Of a stretch of 64,000 nt of DNA, positions 46,901 to 58,100 are shown one piece after another. The notes beneath the pieces are model-generated. The model made no database searches, was not told the origin of the DNA, and was given only the letters and a program-made list of their open reading frames with translations. The stretch lies in the IMG/VR virus record IMGVR_UViG_3300040751_001717; one strand, 5' to 3'. The translations under genes were made by a program, and so were the position numbers. Position 1 is the stretch's first letter, and the number at the start of each line of letters is the position of its first letter. This stretch comes from an uncultured virus (IMG/VR IMGVR_UViG_3300040751_001717) (Duplodnaviria; Heunggongvirae; Uroviricota; Caudoviricetes).

Positions 46901-47485
46901 ATGAAGCAATTTAGAGCACCGAACTTAAATGCACCTAGATTTAGAACTAAAAGATTAAACTTTTTAAACAGTTCATTACTAGAAGAATTTAAAGTAAAGT
47001 ACCCGTATCATTCAGACTTGGAGCTGCAAACGTTCTCAGACATAATTAAATTGTTTAACGGAATGATCTGGCAAACAGTAATTGACTACAGAGATGGAGT
47101 TGAGTTACCAGAAAGTTTAGGTCACCTGTTTATAGGAACCTGCCCCACTTCTAAAAAAGTGAATGTAGATTTTAAAAAAAGTAAAGAGTACGGTAAAGTA
47201 ATTCAGAACAAGAATTGGGATACCGATAACAAACTGGCTAAAATATTCTACACTAACTACTATCAGAAGTATAGATTCGCGAATCGTGAGCTTTGGGGAT
47301 TTGAACCTGTACGGCAATTTAAGAGAACAGTAGCTTCAGTCTATCCTGATAATTATCAGAGATACGTTATAATGAAACCTGGTGTTAGGATTTCTACATT
47401 ATATAAGAAGGCGATGGACGTTCATCAAAAAAAAGAACGTGATCAAATTCGACTGGAAGAGTACGATGAGTTTAAATTAGATTAA
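46901..47485 (+). CDS. divergent HU/IHF-like protein of the tail module
   Basis: GVELPESLGHLFI and F.P.R.FKR motifs; crAss-like position before the tail ring genes. Confidence 0.65.
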   Translation: MKQFRAPNLNAPRFRTKRLNFLNSSLLEEFKVKYPYHSDLELQTFSDIIKLFNGMIWQTVIDYRDGVELPESLGHLFIGTCPTSKKVNVDFKKSKEYGKVIQNKNWDTDNKLAKIFYTNYYQKYRFANRELWGFEPVRQFKRTVASVYPDNYQRYVIMKPGVRISTLYKKAMDVHQKKERDQIRLEEYDEFKLD

Positions 47486-47486
47486 G

Positions 47487-48158
47487 ATGACCACAATAGG
47501 AGAAGTAGTATCTAGAGTCCGCAATCAGATTAAGTCTGTAAAGCAGGACCCGTTCATTACGGACAGATACTTATACAGCATCATACTTAAGTACACTGCA
47601 TTATACATGAGAAGACAAGATTCTCAGAATAAGTTAATGCGTTTCAATAGTGTATTTCAAACACTACCTTATGTAGAGCTAATTGATATAGATACAATTG
47701 AAGCACAGTGCTCTGGTATTTCTTCTGGTTGTACAATTAAAAGAACAAAACATAAACTCCCCAACTTTATGCAAGGTTACTGGGGACCTATTATTAGAAC
47801 GGTTAGCTCTATTGATAAATCTATTGAGCTACAACCTACACATCCTGGTTTGTATACTTCTATGACTAAGACGACTTCGTTTAAGTATAATACTACGAAG
47901 TACTTTTGGTTTTTAAATGGTTACCTCTATATGCCTAACATCGAATGGGATGCTATTCTTATTGAGGGTGTATTTGAAGAAGACATTACCAAGTGGAACT
48001 GTGACCCTGAAGATGATTGTGATCCTCGTCAGGTTCAACCGTTTAATGTGCCCGACTTCTTGTTTGCAGAGATTGAGCAAAACGTACTTAAAGATATTAT
48101 GAGTACTGCAGCAATTCCTTCAGACGATTTCCATGATAATCAGAATATTGCAAGGTAA
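47487..48158 (+). CDS. tail ring / adaptor protein
   Basis: 223 aa; YFWFLNGYLY motif; position before the tail tubular and muzzle genes. Confidence 0.65.
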   Translation: MTTIGEVVSRVRNQIKSVKQDPFITDRYLYSIILKYTALYMRRQDSQNKLMRFNSVFQTLPYVELIDIDTIEAQCSGISSGCTIKRTKHKLPNFMQGYWGPIIRTVSSIDKSIELQPTHPGLYTSMTKTTSFKYNTTKYFWFLNGYLYMPNIEWDAILIEGVFEEDITKWNCDPEDDCDPRQVQPFNVPDFLFAEIEQNVLKDIMSTAAIPSDDFHDNQNIAR

Positions 48159-50314
48159 TGTACACGGTAAAGTATAGAACATTCGACCAACTCCTTGAAG
48201 ACGTAAGCATTGATTTCGGTGCTTATAGTCTAGAGGGCATGATTGAACCACAACAGTTAATCAAAGTTGCTCTTAGGGTGAACTATGATTTAGGTTTAAG
48301 AATTCATCAGCAAAAAGAGATATTGCTTGATATTGAAAAAGGAAAAGCAAAGCTGCCTTCCGATTTCTATGTTCTAAACTTTGCTTACCAGTGTGGCAGT
48401 TATGAAGTTAAAGAGTGGGTTCCTAGCGGTACTCACATTGAGGAGAAAATTATTGCTCCCGCTGCAGACTGTGTAACTACGCCACCTGTGACAACTACAG
48501 AGACTGTTAGTACAACTACAGAAACTACAAGTGAAGGTACACCTGAAGTTACTCAAACTATTGAACACCCTGCGGTAACAGAAACTATTGAACATCCTGA
48601 AGTTCCTGGAGGATTTAATTCCTATAGTTCAGATTATACAAGTAATGCGCTAGGTTCTCAAGTTGTTTACAACTCAGGAAGAGATGAGTTTCTTTTGGTT
48701 CAAGCTTACAGTAATCCTACTGTTGCTTGGCCTGTTTCTGCAACTGATGGAACTGAAGGTAATAGTATTACTTATTCAAAAGAATGGAGAAATTTTACAC
48801 ATATTCCAGAGCTTGGTGTTTTCGTAGCAGGTACTCCCGGTGTTGTTAATTTTATGGGATTGTTTAGGGATACAGATTACTCTCTTATCACTGAAATTAC
48901 AATGGTGGATGCCAACGGTAGTGGTGCTTGGTACTTTAGTTACGATGCGGATAATGGTTGTGTTTGGGCAATGCAGCAATATAGTACTGCAAGACACATT
49001 AGAGTCAACATTACACCTACTAGCTTAACTGCTCATTCATATACAGATGTTCCTAGTTTAGGTTCTCACACTAACAATAGCGCATTAATCTATAAAAATG
49101 GAAAGCTTTATAGATTTTCATATGCAAGTGGTGGTAGTACTTCTCAAGGATTTAATACGGATGTTACTGTTTCACCAGTACCAAATGGGTTTCCTGATGG
49201 AGCAAATATAGAACGATACACTAACGGAAACGGTATTTGGTATGCTGCTGGTTACATATATAAACCACAACCCCTTGGTGAAAGACCTGTAGCTTATGAT
49301 CCTGAAAGTGGATTATTCTGGATAAGATTTGATGCTGCTTCTGCAGGATCATACATATTTACATGGGATCCTACTGATGGTTCTTGGGATCACATTAAAA
49401 ACATCGGGTTTAATAATTATACAGATGGATCCATTATATATGATTCTTACGGAAAGAATATTATATACAGTGACACTACTACAACTGAAGTAATTGATCC
49501 TGCAGATGGGAGTTCAGTTGCTACATTAAATTTCCTTAGTGCGGATATTGCAGCTTCAAGCTCAAATGGTAATCTACTTCTTGCTAGAAACAATTCGGAT
49601 ACTGGTGTTTTGGCATCTGCTAGCTACACAGAAGGTACCCCTGCGTACACAGAAACTGTTGTAATTACTCCAGCTTACACAGAGACCGTAGTGGTTAGTC
49701 CTGCAGTTCCTGGTGAGACTACTTCTGAAACTGTTACTACAACAACCACCACTACAAGTGGAGTTGATGAATTGTATCAGTGTCAACCTGAAGGAACCTG
49801 TCTTACTCAATGTGGTGAGTATTACCAACTAATTCATAAAGACAAGTATGAAACTAAAATCTATAAGACCTTTGGGTCTCTCCCCATTAAAGCTAGCAGC
49901 AGTCTTGATCGCGCTTGTCCTAATACCTGTAATAGCAGCACCCCTAACGCTGCGGAAATCGTGGGAGGTTTTCTTAAAACTCCTTTCAAAACTGGGCAAG
50001 TATATCTTAACTATCAAGGAGCGCTGGAAGACGAAAATGGTCAACTTATGGTACTGGATCACCCGATGATCAACGAGTACTATGAATATGCAATCAAACA
50101 ACGTATCCTTGAAAGCATGTATTTTGCTGGAGAAGATGTTGTTCAGAAAATGAACTTAGTCGAGCAACGTTTACGCGCTGCTAGAAATAATGCTCTTTCT
50201 ATTGTTAATACTCCAAATTTTGCAGAGCTCAAAAAGATTTGGGAAGTAAATAGAAAAGCGCAGTATCACAAATATGTGAACATGTTTAAGAGCTACCCTG
50301 TAATTCAACGATAA
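48158..50314 (+). CDS. tail tubular/ring protein with a large inserted beta-propeller-like domain
   Basis: ring-like N-terminus (GKAKLPSDF) and C-terminus (GQVYLNY...YYEYAIK) split by a ~430-aa insert flanked by Thr/Pro-rich linkers. Confidence 0.7.
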   Translation: MYTVKYRTFDQLLEDVSIDFGAYSLEGMIEPQQLIKVALRVNYDLGLRIHQQKEILLDIEKGKAKLPSDFYVLNFAYQCGSYEVKEWVPSGTHIEEKIIAPAADCVTTPPVTTTETVSTTTETTSEGTPEVTQTIEHPAVTETIEHPEVPGGFNSYSSDYTSNALGSQVVYNSGRDEFLLVQAYSNPTVAWPVSATDGTEGNSITYSKEWRNFTHIPELGVFVAGTPGVVNFMGLFRDTDYSLITEITMVDANGSGAWYFSYDADNGCVWAMQQYSTARHIRVNITPTSLTAHSYTDVPSLGSHTNNSALIYKNGKLYRFSYASGGSTSQGFNTDVTVSPVPNGFPDGANIERYTNGNGIWYAAGYIYKPQPLGERPVAYDPESGLFWIRFDAASAGSYIFTWDPTDGSWDHIKNIGFNNYTDGSIIYDSYGKNIIYSDTTTTEVIDPADGSSVATLNFLSADIAASSSNGNLLLARNNSDTGVLASASYTEGTPAYTETVVITPAYTETVVVSPAVPGETTSETVTTTTTTTSGVDELYQCQPEGTCLTQCGEYYQLIHKDKYETKIYKTFGSLPIKASSSLDRACPNTCNSSTPNAAEIVGGFLKTPFKTGQVYLNYQGALEDENGQLMVLDHPMINEYYEYAIKQRILESMYFAGEDVVQKMNLVEQRLRAARNNALSIVNTPNFAELKKIWEVNRKAQYHKYVNMFKSYPVIQR

Positions 50315-50326
50315 GAACATTGCGAT

Positions 50327-53300
50327 ATGGCTAAGCAATCTGGTAACCTACCACAAACGTCCAGTATTAAAACTAATACTGTAAATAAGGGTATGATGAA
50401 AGACCCTAACCCTGGGTTTATTCCGGAGGGTTCATGGTCTCATGCTAGAAATGCTACACATAACCACGAAGATGGTGATCTTGGTGTGCTGTCTAATGAG
50501 CAATCAAATTTCTTTTGTACAGCAGCTCCCTACACAATTATAGGTGTAATTCATTTATATGAAGATGTTTGGGCGGTGTTTTCTACAGACAACACTAATT
50601 CTGAGATAGGTACATTTAAAGAGTCTTCTTGTCAGTATACTAAAGTAGTTAATGCGTCTTGTTTGAATTTCAAGACTACTAATCTCATTAAAGGAGCATC
50701 TAAAGAAAATGCTGACTGTACCTGGCAAGTGTACTGGGATGACGGGCTAAATCCGTCTAGAACTTTAAACCTTGATGAAGTACCTTGGAAAAAGATTGCA
50801 ACCACAGTTAATGATTGTACTACCTATGTAGATACAGAAGAACTTGATTGTGATCAAATTCGTATTGCGAGATTAGTTGATCCCCCTTGTATAGAATTAA
50901 ATGCTGCATTAGACGGGGGTCAGCTTGTTAATGGTACGTATCAGGTATTTGCAGCATATACTGTAGATCAACAAAGAGTTACCGATTATGTCGGATACTC
51001 TAATACACAGTCTCTTTACACTCATGATAATGTAGAAAGCTCATTAATAGTAGACATCAAAGAGATGGATACTCGTTTTGATGAGTTTGTATTAGTGGTA
51101 GTAAAGTTTGCAAATGGTCAGACAATTGCAAGACAGTTTGGTTATTATAGTACTAGAAGTAGTAGAATTACAATTGACTACTTAGATGAGAGCTTAGTCG
51201 TTGTTCCTCTTTCTGAACTTGTAATTAGCAATCCCGCTTTTGAGAAATCAGAAGCAATGTTTGCAGCAAACGGCTATCTTTTTAGGAATGCACCATCAAT
51301 GCGATTTGATTTCAACTATCAACCGATAGCGAATCAGATAAAAGCAAAATGGGTTTCTACAGAGTTTTCTACAGAATATTATAGAAACGCTGGTAACGTT
51401 GTAGGGTATCTTAGAGACGAGCAGTATAGCTTTTTTATTAGATGGATTTACAATACAGGAGATAAGTCAGCATCTTATCACATTCCTGGTAGAGCTCCTT
51501 CTACTAGTGATTTACAATTAGTTTCAGGTGAAGATGCGCTCCCTGTTTCTTCAGGAACACCGAGAAGGTGGCAGACTTATAACACAGCAACACTTACTCC
51601 TACAACACAAGGTATTTTACCTAATGGTGGTTATGTAATTCAAGAGGGTAATATGGGTTACTGGGAATCTACAGAAAGATATCCAGATAATCGTCCAGAT
51701 ATTTGGGGAGATCTTTGCGGTAAGCCTATTAGACATCATAAGTTTCCTGAAGAGTGTTTACACCAATCACTAAAACTTGTAAATGACGATGCTAGTAAAA
51801 TCAGAGTACTTGGTGTTAGATTTGAAAACATTAAACCACCTGTAGATAATGATGGTAATTTAATACAGGGCGTTGTAGGATATGAAATTTTAAGAGGCTC
51901 TAGAGAGGGTAATAAATCTATTGTTGCAAAAGGCATACTCAATAATATGGGTGAGTATACAATACCAGGAAGCGATAATAAAAAAGCGTTATATCCTAAC
52001 TACCCTTATAACGATTTAAGAATTGATCCGTTCCTTTCAGCTGAAGAAACTAAAGGGGCATGTAGGCTATCTAAGCAAGGTTACAAAGAGCTAGGTACAT
52101 TTAAGAGGGATCATCTTACTTTCCATTCTCCAGATACTTCATTTAAGCACCCGTTCCTTTCACCAACAGAGTTAAAGGTATATGCTGAATATCGAGGTAC
52201 CACTACTGGTAGATTTAAACCTGTAGATAAACATCCTGAGCATAAGTTATTGAGAGACACTGCGTTTGCAGCATCATTGCTGCTAGGTATTGGTTATGCA
52301 ATGACTCAAATGTATGGTTGTACTACTACTAAGGTTACAGATAACTCAATGAGGAATGAAGGTTCGGAAAGTCCACTTGGTGTTGGTACTAAAGGTGTTA
52401 CAGCACTTATAAGAAGTGGTTTAATTGCTGGAGGTAAAGCAATATTGAATGCCGCTTTAAATAATATAGTTGCCGGGTTAAAGGCAGGAGATATGTTTAT
52501 TTCTGGTGGTAGCCTTTCTGGTGGTTTAGAAAGAGGTGCTAGAGCAGTGTTTAATACTGTAGCTGATGTAGTACCTATGACTAACGGTAGTACTACAGAA
52601 AGAGAATATGGCTGTACAGATACACTGCAGATTCCTGGAGTTGTTAGAGCAATTAATGCTACAGCACTTGCAGTTTATCATACAGCAAATGGGGCTAATA
52701 GAATCATGGAGTCCATTAAAAATATACTGCCCTACAGACAATATGGGTACCAGTATGTTTCTCACGGTTACTATAACACATCAGTTTGTGCACCTTTAGG
52801 ATCTAAGAGAAAACTAATTGATGACTCGGTTTACTTGAGCTCACATATACAAGAGTTTTCGCTTACAAGAGTAAACAATCTATTTAGAGGGTCTACGGTT
52901 GCTCTCAAACTTGACAGTGATCTGGGAGTACCTAGTCTTAATGACACAAGTAGATATACTATTGGTGATCGAAACGCTTGGAAAGATCCTACAAAAGAAT
53001 TTGTAGGTAATACAATCTCTTCTTTATATGCCGGTCTTAAGTTTAATTTTGAGAATCAGTATGGTCAGCTTGATAATATTATGCAGATTCCTATTAGTAC
53101 TTGTTACCAGGAATCAGAGATTGTAGATGCTAACCAGAAATTTAAGAGTGCCGTACTTTTTAATGGAGACACTTATGTAGGTAGATACACTGAAAAAAAT
53201 ACTTTCTTTTATTTCTACGACTGGTTGCATACACAACCTAATGGTGCAGAAAGAGATTATAGAAAATACTATAATGTAGGGTACCCTAGATTTTGGGCGA

Positions 53301-55102
53301 ACACTGTACCGTATGACTTTAGTGAGTTTTTTAGTGGTATTGTTAAATTTGATTTTAGCGATGCTTTTCCAAGTGACGATCATGCTTTAGATGGTAATCC
53401 ACAAAGGTGTGGTATTAGAGGTTTGTCATTTATGGCTAAAGACAAATACTTCTACCTATTTAATTCAGGAGTTAAAGATTTCTGGGTAGAGTCTGAAATA
53501 AATCTAGCATATCGTGATCATGATGATACAATAGCAAGTAGACACTATGACTATGAAAAGTATACAGATCTAGATTCTCTATTCCATTCTGACATCATTA
53601 AGTCGGTGAATCATTATAAGTATGATTACTCTTTAAGCAATACAAAATACTTCGGTAATTTAATTAGCTGGGGTTTCCTACAGACTAGAGACTATGATCC
53701 TACTGTAGCAGAAGAGTGTTACACTAAATACCCAACTAAGCTTCTTTATAGTTTGCCAGCTACAATGACAACTAAAGATGCTTGGAGAATGTTCCTTCCT
53801 TTGAATCATTATGATTTTGAGGATGAGATTGTTTCATTAAAAGAAATTAATCAAACGGGATCTTTGATATTATTCAAAGCTTCCTCACCCATGCAGTTCA
53901 GAGGCTTAGATACTCTTCAAACTGATATGGGAACTAAAATCACTATTGGTGATGGTGGGTTATTTGCTAACCCTCCTCAGAGACTGCTCAACTCTGATAA
54001 ATCATTTGAGTATGGTAGCTGTCAAAACCGTCTCTCTGTAGTATCTACTCCTGGTGGTGTATTCTGGGCTTCTCAGAATCAAGGTAAAATATTTAACCTA
54101 GGATCCGGTGTTGTAGATATTACTAGAGCGGGGATGAAATGGTGGTTTGCTAAGTATATGCCTTATCAGATCACTACACAATATCCTGATTACGAGGTAC
54201 TTGACAACCCTGTAGATGGTGTAGGTATTCAAACCATTTATGATAATACAGATGAGGTTGTCTACTTTACTAAGAAAGACTTTGTTGTTAAACCGGAGTT
54301 TGTAGAAAGAATAACTTACTTATCAGGTAATAAGTTCTTAGTTAATGGGGTTCTTACAGTTAGTGGTGGAGATTCGCAGTTCTTTGATAGCGCAAGTTGG
54401 ACAGTTAGTTATGATCTTAAAACTAAAGAGTTCGTTTCATTTCATGACTGGCATCCTGATCTAACCATTCCTGGTAAGAATCATTTCCTTTCTACTAAGG
54501 GTTCTGATATCTACAAGCATAATGACACGTGTACTAGTTACTGTAATTTCTATGGTGTAGATTATCCATTTGAAATTGAGTTTATTTCATCGACTGGTCA
54601 GATGGTGAACACAGTTCGTAGTTTCCAATACTCTATTGAGGCACATAACTATACAAACGACTGTAGAGACTCACACCACGTATTAGATGAAAACTTTGAT
54701 GAAGCTATAGTATATAACTCGGAGCAGGTATCTGGTTTGTTAAAACTAAACCTAACTCCTAAAAATGATGCACCGGCTATTATTACATATCCTAAAGTGA
54801 ACACTAACTCTATCGACATTCTTTACTCTAAAGAAGAACAGATGTATAGATTTAATCAGTTCTACGATATTACTGATGATAGAGGTGAGTTTACAAATGT
54901 TCGTAGATCAATTTGGAATACTGCACCAAACGGATATATTAGTACGTTGAACCCGGCTAACTTAAACTATGCTAAAGATGCTCACGAGCATAAGAAGTTT
55001 AGACATTATGTAAACAGGGTGCTTTTAAGAAAAACTGTTTCTGGAAACAACAAGTACACTGTACGTCTAAACAACACAAAACTTAATCTATCATTACGAT
55101 GA
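50327..55102 (+). CDS. tail muzzle/nozzle (stabilisation) protein
   Basis: 1591 aa, beta-rich; KGMMKD...ARNA start, RDEQYSF, GDTYVGRY and SFHDW motifs; position after the ring genes. Confidence 0.8.
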   Translation: MAKQSGNLPQTSSIKTNTVNKGMMKDPNPGFIPEGSWSHARNATHNHEDGDLGVLSNEQSNFFCTAAPYTIIGVIHLYEDVWAVFSTDNTNSEIGTFKESSCQYTKVVNASCLNFKTTNLIKGASKENADCTWQVYWDDGLNPSRTLNLDEVPWKKIATTVNDCTTYVDTEELDCDQIRIARLVDPPCIELNAALDGGQLVNGTYQVFAAYTVDQQRVTDYVGYSNTQSLYTHDNVESSLIVDIKEMDTRFDEFVLVVVKFANGQTIARQFGYYSTRSSRITIDYLDESLVVVPLSELVISNPAFEKSEAMFAANGYLFRNAPSMRFDFNYQPIANQIKAKWVSTEFSTEYYRNAGNVVGYLRDEQYSFFIRWIYNTGDKSASYHIPGRAPSTSDLQLVSGEDALPVSSGTPRRWQTYNTATLTPTTQGILPNGGYVIQEGNMGYWESTERYPDNRPDIWGDLCGKPIRHHKFPEECLHQSLKLVNDDASKIRVLGVRFENIKPPVDNDGNLIQGVVGYEILRGSREGNKSIVAKGILNNMGEYTIPGSDNKKALYPNYPYNDLRIDPFLSAEETKGACRLSKQGYKELGTFKRDHLTFHSPDTSFKHPFLSPTELKVYAEYRGTTTGRFKPVDKHPEHKLLRDTAFAASLLLGIGYAMTQMYGCTTTKVTDNSMRNEGSESPLGVGTKGVTALIRSGLIAGGKAILNAALNNIVAGLKAGDMFISGGSLSGGLERGARAVFNTVADVVPMTNGSTTEREYGCTDTLQIPGVVRAINATALAVYHTANGANRIMESIKNILPYRQYGYQYVSHGYYNTSVCAPLGSKRKLIDDSVYLSSHIQEFSLTRVNNLFRGSTVALKLDSDLGVPSLNDTSRYTIGDRNAWKDPTKEFVGNTISSLYAGLKFNFENQYGQLDNIMQIPISTCYQESEIVDANQKFKSAVLFNGDTYVGRYTEKNTFFYFYDWLHTQPNGAERDYRKYYNVGYPRFWANTVPYDFSEFFSGIVKFDFSDAFPSDDHALDGNPQRCGIRGLSFMAKDKYFYLFNSGVKDFWVESEINLAYRDHDDTIASRHYDYEKYTDLDSLFHSDIIKSVNHYKYDYSLSNTKYFGNLISWGFLQTRDYDPTVAEECYTKYPTKLLYSLPATMTTKDAWRMFLPLNHYDFEDEIVSLKEINQTGSLILFKASSPMQFRGLDTLQTDMGTKITIGDGGLFANPPQRLLNSDKSFEYGSCQNRLSVVSTPGGVFWASQNQGKIFNLGSGVVDITRAGMKWWFAKYMPYQITTQYPDYEVLDNPVDGVGIQTIYDNTDEVVYFTKKDFVVKPEFVERITYLSGNKFLVNGVLTVSGGDSQFFDSASWTVSYDLKTKEFVSFHDWHPDLTIPGKNHFLSTKGSDIYKHNDTCTSYCNFYGVDYPFEIEFISSTGQMVNTVRSFQYSIEAHNYTNDCRDSHHVLDENFDEAIVYNSEQVSGLLKLNLTPKNDAPAIITYPKVNTNSIDILYSKEEQMYRFNQFYDITDDRGEFTNVRRSIWNTAPNGYISTLNPANLNYAKDAHEHKKFRHYVNRVLLRKTVSGNNKYTVRLNNTKLNLSLR

Positions 55103-58100
55103 AAAGATCTAGACTAGGGTACAAAAGGTATTCACCGGATGTAAATAATCCGTACAACATTATACCTTCTAATAGAATTACAATGCAAGATGTAGATTTT
55201 CCTGTATTAGGAATAGATGATTTTGGTAATTCTCAAATGATGTATCCTGGTGGCGAATATCAATTTCCTGGTAATGAGGTGCTTGAGCTACCACAGTTTG
55301 GTAAAGGTGGTTTAAAGCAATGGTTTGATGAGAAGTGGGTTGATGTAAAAACAGGTAAAGACTGCGGAAGATCCGGTAAAGACAAAAAGGGTAGACCTTA
55401 TCCTGCATGTAGACCAAGTAGAAGAGTAAATGAAACTACTCCTAAGACTACTAGTGAGATGTCTGCTAAAGAGAAAGCTAAGTTTAAGAAGAAGAAAACA
55501 TCAGGCAAGCGTATTGATTATAATCATAAGAGAATGTTTGGTGGATCATTACCCAGTTATCAGGATAATGGTCAGGTGGAACTTGTAGAACCAGGAACAC
55601 GAGACTATAGTACTGCTAAGTATAGTGGTAATTTAGTACATGTCGATCCTATTAGCGGGAACCCTTGGATTACTCTTCCTGAAGTTGAAATTGACGGCAG
55701 AGTTGATTATGATAAATATCCTTACTACAACGATTTAACTGAAAAAGAAAAAGAGTGGTTTAATAAAACTGGGGCGAATTACGGTGAGTTTTTTAGCAAA
55801 GACAGCTGGACTGCACCTATTATGACTAGAGCTGCTCGAAGAAAAGCAAGAATCGGTAAGGATAAAGTTACAATGGCCGATGAGGTTCATGCTGTAGTTG
55901 ATCCTGTTTTAGCTACTGTTATGACTATACCAACAGGAGCAGTTGCCGGAAATGTAGGTAGAGGACTTCTTAGTGGTTATCGTGCAGCTACACCAACCGT
56001 TCTAAACGCAGGAAATACTGTAGGTAATTTTATGAATGCCCCGCTTACTGTAGGGTCAACAACACTACCGGGAGTAACTGCAAATAACCTATTAGGTGCA
56101 TATGGTGCTACAGATTTTGCATTGAACCGTGCTCCTGCAATACCAGGTCAGGTTCAAAGAGGAGAGTATGGAGACGCAGCATTTAATGTAGGTATGGGTG
56201 CACTAGATCTTATGGGTCTTAAATATACCGGTGCTGCTAATCAATTTCTTGATACAGATTTTGCTAGAGGGGTGAGCGATTTAACTAAATATAAAACGCT
56301 TTCTAATGAAAGAACTAATGCTCAAACATTAATTAACGACTCATATAGGGATATATCAAAAGCAGACGGAGCGATAGCTGATCTAAATACCGAGCTATAC
56401 AAATTAACGATACCAACTACACGATCACTTAGAAAACAAAAATTATTTACTAATCAGTCTTGGGGAGAGGATTCTTACGTAGGTCGAAGATTGCAAGCTT
56501 TAGGATATTCAGGTAATACCATCTGGGATCCTAATAGTACGGGATCTCGAATGGTTCCATTTCAGAATGGTCAGATTGTTCCAGGAAATAAAAAAGGATT
56601 TGAGCTTGTAACTACTGGTTCAAATGGACTTAATACAAGTGTAACTAATCAAGGTTCCATTATTGATTTTAACACAGGACGTACACTAAAATACAATTTT
56701 AATTTTCCAGGTGGTGCTCGTACTGCTATTAGACTTACTCCTGACGGTAATGCGCGGATGAGCGAGATTCCTAGTGTAAGTAAGTTTACTCCACCTGAAG
56801 GTCTTAGCTCTACTGTCTCTGGAAACATAAACCTGATAGAAAATCAAATACCTGGATTTAAAGTATTTGGTAGTTCTAGAGGTGTAGCAGATGCGGGTTT
56901 ACCTCACGTTCCTGGTGATTATGATGGTATTATTACGAAAGCAAATTATGATAAAATGGTTGCTGAGGGTAAATATCCTCTTACAGACGGTTCAGGATTT
57001 GCTAAAGTACATGAGGTTGATATAAACGGAAATCTAGAAAAAATAGATTTTAATGTAATTGAAGAAACTGCAGACGGTAAACCCACAGGAAAACTTGCAG
57101 AACAACTCTATAGAAATTTAGATCCCCAAGGATACTATGAACAAGCAGCACGTGTTACAGCAGGTGAACAGAAAGTAGTAGATATACCCTATACGGCAGA
57201 TGAATTAATTGAAAAGACAAATTGGTCAGGAAGAACAATTGCAGATGCTTTTGAAACACCGTCAGCAGGGGCAAAAGCAAAACACATTAATAGACCAGAT
57301 GTTTATATAGCATATGGTGATCCAGCTAAACTTCAAGAAGGTTTTGAAACATACGCTAAAAGTTTTTTAGGTGAAAATGCAAACCTTGGACCTAAGTTTT
57401 CTGCTGAACAACTTTCCAATGTAGAGGAAAATTTAGAGCTACTCAAATCTATGCAGTATCCCGGTGACATAAATGCTATTGCAAGTTCTCCGGAAAGAAT
57501 GCAAGTAGCTCTTCAGGATTACTATATTAATAAAACTACTTTAAGTAGAGGAATTGATCGAAACCGTTTAATCGGTGGGACTGATAGACAGAATATAGAG
57601 GATGCTCTTACAGAATGGAATGTAGACGCAGGGGGTGGTAATGCAAATGGAATGGGTTTAAATAATGTTCAGTTAGGTGATAGCGGATGGGGTGATATAT
57701 ATAGTCATAAACAGTTTTCTATACCTACAAATAATAATTCACCAAAAGAATTTGTAGAGAGCATTGTAAACTACACTGATGGTACAGCTCCGCTTTCTAC
57801 TGGAGAAGTTAAAATTATAAGGGATATTCTTGATAAGCATGGTATTCCGAGAAGAGATCAAACTGATCTTACAGAACTTACAATGAAAAATCTGCTGACT
57901 AGTTTACCTCAAAATAAAGCAACTGAGTCCGTACTTAATGATATTGCAGAAAGAACTGGACGTAGGTATTCTATTTATAATGAGTTTGGTGATTCTCAAT
58001 ATGCAGGTAGTTTTGGATCATTTAATAATGACGGTGATATTTTAGTATACGGTAATCGATATGGTGACACAGGTTTAGTACCTACAGGTAAGGGTTTACA

